Source of the DNA: Asterionella formosa
Lineage: Eukaryota
DNA: 64,000 nucleotides
Direction of reading: 5' to 3'
Assembly (NCBI GenBank): GCA_002256025.1
Contig: NKIB01013009.1
Location: 1 to 64,000 of the forward strand
The notes under the pieces: model-generated
Database searches by the model: none
Seen by the model: the letters and a program-made list of their open reading frames with translations, nothing else
Told to the model about the DNA's origin: nothing
Translations under genes and position numbers: made by a program
Shown here: piece after piece, positions 59,849 through 64,000 of the stretch
Layout: each line of letters starts with the position of its first letter
How positions within the stretch are numbered: the stretch's first letter is position 1

Positions 59849-62800
59849 ATGTCGACTCTTGCTATCAACGACCCTGTGCATGTCGAACGAGAGTCTCAAA
59901 AGCTCGAAGGCGTCATTGCCTACGTCGGCCCGGTCCAATTTTCTGACGGCGACGATTGGGTCGGCGTCAGATTGACAGGTGCTTTCATCGGGTTGGGCAA
60001 AAACGATGGCAGTGTCAAGGGGGAGCGATACTTTCATTGTGGTCCCAACAATGGAGTGTTTGTACGCATGTCACACGTTTCCGCTAGGACTTTGACGAGG
60101 CTGGAAGAACTGCGTTTGAAACGAGAATTGGCCAAGGCCAATGCTGATATCGCGACGGCAACTGCAAATGCTGCTACCACACCCTCGGAGAACAAGCCTC
60201 TATCCTCACCAATGAAGAGTATCGATCCTGTCAAGAGTGCAATATCATCTCCAGCTCTTCCACCTTCCGCTGGTAAGAGTACTACGTTGGCGCCTACGAC
60301 AACAACCAAAAAATCTAAACTGGAAGAAATGCGCGAACGCCGAGCTGCCTTGGAAAATGCGAGGCTTGTTCACAGTCAGTCATTGTCTGCCGCACCGTCT
60401 CAGAATAATTCTCCTGGTATAGTAGAAGTAGGAGAGGTTGGAGACGACCTTAAAGATGGCTTGATTTCATCGCTCCGAGACCAATTGAAGGACATGCAGC
60501 AACAATGGGCAGGTACTGTGGAGAAATTGAAGATAAAGGAACAGGAAAATGCATCGCTCCAAGAGTCATTGTCGAAGTCCGAACAAGAGGTACACGATGC
60601 GAACACCAAAGCCGAAGAAGCCCAGTCAGTCGCAGCGCCAACTATGACGCTTGAATTGACAGATATAGCACTCGATGAAGCTCTTGCCCAAGCGAAAGAT
60701 GAGCTGCATCAAGTCAAGCAAGAATGCAAGTCACAATTAGATAATTTGGAGCAGCTCAAGATGGAACTATATTCTACCAAAATAGACCTGGAAAAGGAAC
60801 GGGAAGGCCGAGCTGCTGATGTTGAGGATTTGACCAAAACAAAATCGGAACTGTCTGCCCTCCAACACGAAGTCCAAGCTATGTCGGATCAAGTCAATGT
60901 GCGGTCCACCTCGGATGCCATGCATTACAAGGAGCGGGCAAAACTTCAAGCAGAACTATGCGCTATGAAGCGGACAATTGAAGCATTGGAGACTGAAAAG
61001 GTTCAGATGGAAAGCAACATTGAAGATCTGACTCTTGACAAGGAGCAACTTCAAGAAGAAAACGAAACCCTACAAGATCGGTTAGATGAAATTAAAATTG
61101 ACGCTGAAACTGCACAAATGGAAGTGGAAGAATTGAGAACGGAATTAGAGGATGCCAAGCGTCAAAAAGAAAGTCCCGTTGGCGAACTTCAAATGGAAGT
61201 GTCGTCGGAAGCCGACGATGCCTTGCACTCGTTGTCTGTTCAGAATGGACGACTTCGTGAAGCATTGATTCGACTACGCGAACAGTCGTTGATAGAGAAA
61301 GTGGCTATGAGCAAGGAATTGAGAGCTGCTGAAAAGGCCGCATTGGAAGGCAACGCTTTGTTTACTGAAGTCGAAACCCTGCGATCGTCGACCAAAGTGC
61401 TACACGATCAAATTTCTGACCTCAAAGATATGGTTGAGGAGGGAAGTGCGTTTGAGAGCATGGTTGAAGATTTGTCAGATCGTGTCATGGCCTTGGAAGA
61501 CGAGAATGTAGCTTTGCAGTCCACTATTCGTGAAATGGAGGAAGCAAGCGACATCGCTGGTGAAATGGAGGAAGTTCAGGCTGAAGAACTTAAAGCATTG
61601 ATGCGTGATGTTGATGGTAGAGATGCCATCATTAGAAATTTGGAAGAAGCTATTAAAATGCAACGTCGTCGGGAAGAAGATTTTCAACGGACGGTCGGAA
61701 ATTACCGCCATACTGTGGCTACGTTGAAGCAGGAAAAGGAACAGCTCCTTGCCTTGCAGCGTGGGGGCGAAGGTGAAAAGAGTGATTTGTTAGCTGCCTC
61801 GCAAAAAGCCCTTTCTCGTGCTGCTCATCTGGTGTCTGACGCTGCCAATTCTAGAAAGCGAGATGCGGAAGCTGCCTTCGTCCAAATTGAATGCCGGATA
61901 CAACATCACCTTGCCGAGCGGCTAGAATCATTCTTGCCACAAAGTATTGCTGGCCCTGAGCTTGCCGCAGTTCGCGGAGAGCTGCTTGTAAGCTCCATAG
62001 TCGATAAGGCTTCCAAGGCCTTAGATGACATGGGGTCAATCTTTTCGCAGACTATTCGTGCTGGGATCAGTGAAACTTTCTCTGAGTCTGGTGAGAATGG
62101 CGACGCTCTGTCCTTTGCTCTTTCTGAGGATGCGGTACAGGGAATTGATAGCATGTTGCACCAGTCCGAGTATGCCATTCATACCATTAATTTATCATCT
62201 GATTTGATTCGATTGCTTGCCGCAGGTCAATGGCCCGATGTTCTCACGACAGAAGAATCGACCGAGCTTGGCGCGATTCTCGGTCACTCGTTATTGGAGA
62301 TCGAGACCGCTATGAGTAGCATGCTGAAGGGTCTCAAGGAAGAAGGAGTGCTGTCGCCGCATAGATCAAATCTTGGTGCTTTCCAGCAGAACATACAGAC
62401 TACAATACAGGTTTTGAACTCCTCCATTGAACGTGACGGAAATGCTTTGATTTCCCCTGTTTGGAATCCTCCAGCCTTGGAACTCTTTAAGGCGCTGACT
62501 ACTGCGAAATTCTTATGTCTTGGCGCGGGATCTGTTGTCGCTTCTGCTGTCTGTCCTAAAGACTCGACAGTGTCATCGGGTTCATCAGTGCTCGCCTCCA
62601 CTAACAGCAAATTAGCTCTAAAGGCGGTGATGGTAAAACTTGACCAGATTTCAGGAGAAGCATGTAAGATTGGACCTCGTCTTGCTCGATTGGATGTCAT
62701 GAATGAAAGGACTGTGAAGGAGATTGAGCAGGTAGCAGACGAATGGAAGACCGCCTCGCTGCAGCTGATGACAACCATCAAGGCATTGTTTGCCCCGAGG

Positions 62801-63982
62801 TCCGAATTCCAGCTCTCCGCAGTTGTTGTATGCGAAGCTGCCTCTGATGTGGTGATAAAGGCTATGAATCAATTATCATCGTCACTTCGTGCGGCGGACT
62901 TGAACGCAGAAGACGACGCGCTATTCCATCCTTTTGCCGCTGAAGCCAAAGATCCTTGGAATGGCATCACAAGCCTTGCTCAAACTGTCCGAGCTATAGA
63001 TGGAGATCGTGACGATATTAACTTTATTGTCCGTGCTCAAACAATTGAACAACGAGTTGTTGAAGCCATTGAAAATGAGCCCAAGTTAGACATTGCCACC
63101 AGCAAGATTGCTAGTCTCGAAAAGAGCTTGTCACTTCGATCGAAGGAGGTTGCCATGCAGAATGCTAAGCTCTCTGAACTGGAAAAGGTACTTACAAAAT
63201 CAAGTGTCCCGACACCGCAGGTAGCTCAAAAATCTATCGACATTTCTTCGGTTGCGGAAATTAATGGCCTCCAAGAGGAGAATAGAGTGCTTACCGAGGC
63301 CATGGACGTTCTTCAGCAGCAAGTCGATGAGTACGAAAATGAGATCCGTGCTATCAAAGACCCCAAATCTCCGAAGCCTAGAGGGGTAAACGCTTCGAGG
63401 AAAGCAGCTGGATTGTTTTCCACTAGCCGATCGGCGCGAGGCTTTGATGATACTTCTGGTGTAGCTGAGACGTCACAAGCTGCTGTTGCCGCAATAGAGG
63501 CTGCCTTTTATCGACCCGCGCTAATGTCAGCCAGACGTGAAGCAAGCAGCTGGAAGGCAATGGCTATGTCGTCCATCATTTCGGACCTTCCACCACTAAA
63601 TGTTCCAAGTGTATCATTCCCGTTTGGAGAGTCCAAAGAAGCAGAAGCAGACGGCAGTCCGCTGGCTGCATTGGAGGCAGCCAGATCAGGACTTCGAAAT
63701 GCTAAGGCAGCTTCAACTATTGTTGACTTGACCAAACCCTCTCCACGAGCACAATATTTTGACACAATGAGCAGAGTCGCGTTTGCTGAAGAGAGGCTTA
63801 AACAAGCAACCGCAGCTGCCGATCAGTGGATGTCAAACTTTGGAGGCTCCTCTAATTCTCACGAGGCAGGCTTGCTTCTTGGGCGTGTGAAGCTACCTGG
63901 TCTTCCCGAATCTGCCACGACAATATCTGTTTCAGTCAACAGGGAAGATATGAATCGTCTACATATGATCATGCTTCAATAA
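59849..63982 (+). CDS. DCTN1: Dynactin subunit 1 (p150Glued)
   Basis: N-terminal CAP-Gly domain with GKNDGSVKG, basic S/T linker, long coiled coil with QNGRLREALIRLRE, and a second coiled coil near the C-terminus; 1377 aa, intronless. Confidence 0.93.
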   Translation: MSTLAINDPVHVERESQKLEGVIAYVGPVQFSDGDDWVGVRLTGAFIGLGKNDGSVKGERYFHCGPNNGVFVRMSHVSARTLTRLEELRLKRELAKANADIATATANAATTPSENKPLSSPMKSIDPVKSAISSPALPPSAGKSTTLAPTTTTKKSKLEEMRERRAALENARLVHSQSLSAAPSQNNSPGIVEVGEVGDDLKDGLISSLRDQLKDMQQQWAGTVEKLKIKEQENASLQESLSKSEQEVHDANTKAEEAQSVAAPTMTLELTDIALDEALAQAKDELHQVKQECKSQLDNLEQLKMELYSTKIDLEKEREGRAADVEDLTKTKSELSALQHEVQAMSDQVNVRSTSDAMHYKERAKLQAELCAMKRTIEALETEKVQMESNIEDLTLDKEQLQEENETLQDRLDEIKIDAETAQMEVEELRTELEDAKRQKESPVGELQMEVSSEADDALHSLSVQNGRLREALIRLREQSLIEKVAMSKELRAAEKAALEGNALFTEVETLRSSTKVLHDQISDLKDMVEEGSAFESMVEDLSDRVMALEDENVALQSTIREMEEASDIAGEMEEVQAEELKALMRDVDGRDAIIRNLEEAIKMQRRREEDFQRTVGNYRHTVATLKQEKEQLLALQRGGEGEKSDLLAASQKALSRAAHLVSDAANSRKRDAEAAFVQIECRIQHHLAERLESFLPQSIAGPELAAVRGELLVSSIVDKASKALDDMGSIFSQTIRAGISETFSESGENGDALSFALSEDAVQGIDSMLHQSEYAIHTINLSSDLIRLLAAGQWPDVLTTEESTELGAILGHSLLEIETAMSSMLKGLKEEGVLSPHRSNLGAFQQNIQTTIQVLNSSIERDGNALISPVWNPPALELFKALTTAKFLCLGAGSVVASAVCPKDSTVSSGSSVLASTNSKLALKAVMVKLDQISGEACKIGPRLARLDVMNERTVKEIEQVADEWKTASLQLMTTIKALFAPRSEFQLSAVVVCEAASDVVIKAMNQLSSSLRAADLNAEDDALFHPFAAEAKDPWNGITSLAQTVRAIDGDRDDINFIVRAQTIEQRVVEAIENEPKLDIATSKIASLEKSLSLRSKEVAMQNAKLSELEKVLTKSSVPTPQVAQKSIDISSVAEINGLQEENRVLTEAMDVLQQQVDEYENEIRAIKDPKSPKPRGVNASRKAAGLFSTSRSARGFDDTSGVAETSQAAVAAIEAAFYRPALMSARREASSWKAMAMSSIISDLPPLNVPSVSFPFGESKEAEADGSPLAALEAARSGLRNAKAASTIVDLTKPSPRAQYFDTMSRVAFAEERLKQATAAADQWMSNFGGSSNSHEAGLLLGRVKLPGLPESATTISVSVNREDMNRLHMIMLQ

Positions 63983-64000
63983 ATAACTACTTGTAGAAAT

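Noticed and set aside
6082..63982. Phosducin-like, TBCD and dynactin as a cytoskeletal gene cluster
   Set aside because: They are separated by 20-30 kb of unrelated genes and TEs; chance is sufficient.

Overview
Eukaryotic nuclear DNA, most likely from a diatom (DUF6824 and HSF genes, bipartite plastid-targeting leaders, short GT-AG introns, diatom-type transposon proteins). About 17 protein-coding genes are supported: a giant three-tier repeat protein truncated by the window start, a phosducin-like protein, a UBA-domain protein, a Cys-motif hypothetical protein, DUF1499, CARNMT1-like, HSF, dienelactone hydrolase, CIA30-like, a GGCT-like hypothetical protein, TBCD, DUF866, a CTL/SLC44-like transporter, DUF6824, a TPR+TylF-like methyltransferase, a DHHC palmitoyltransferase and dynactin p150. 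There is also a tRNA-Ala(AGC). Between the genes lie CpG-decayed transposon remnants: a tyrosine-recombinase ORF cleanly interrupted by a 4.27-kb TIR element with an IS630/Tc1-like transposase, Crypton-like, Mutator-like and two PIF/Harbinger relics, several MITEs and two dispersed repeat families. The most striking unexplained signal is the dense intergenic arrays of TACCGGTA/TACCAGGTA/TACCTGGTA. They match the TA|CC(A/T)G...C(A/T)GG|TA ends of a local 96-bp MITE family and may be stacked Tc1/mariner excision footprints at promoter hotspots. All family assignments come from motif recognition by eye, not database searches.
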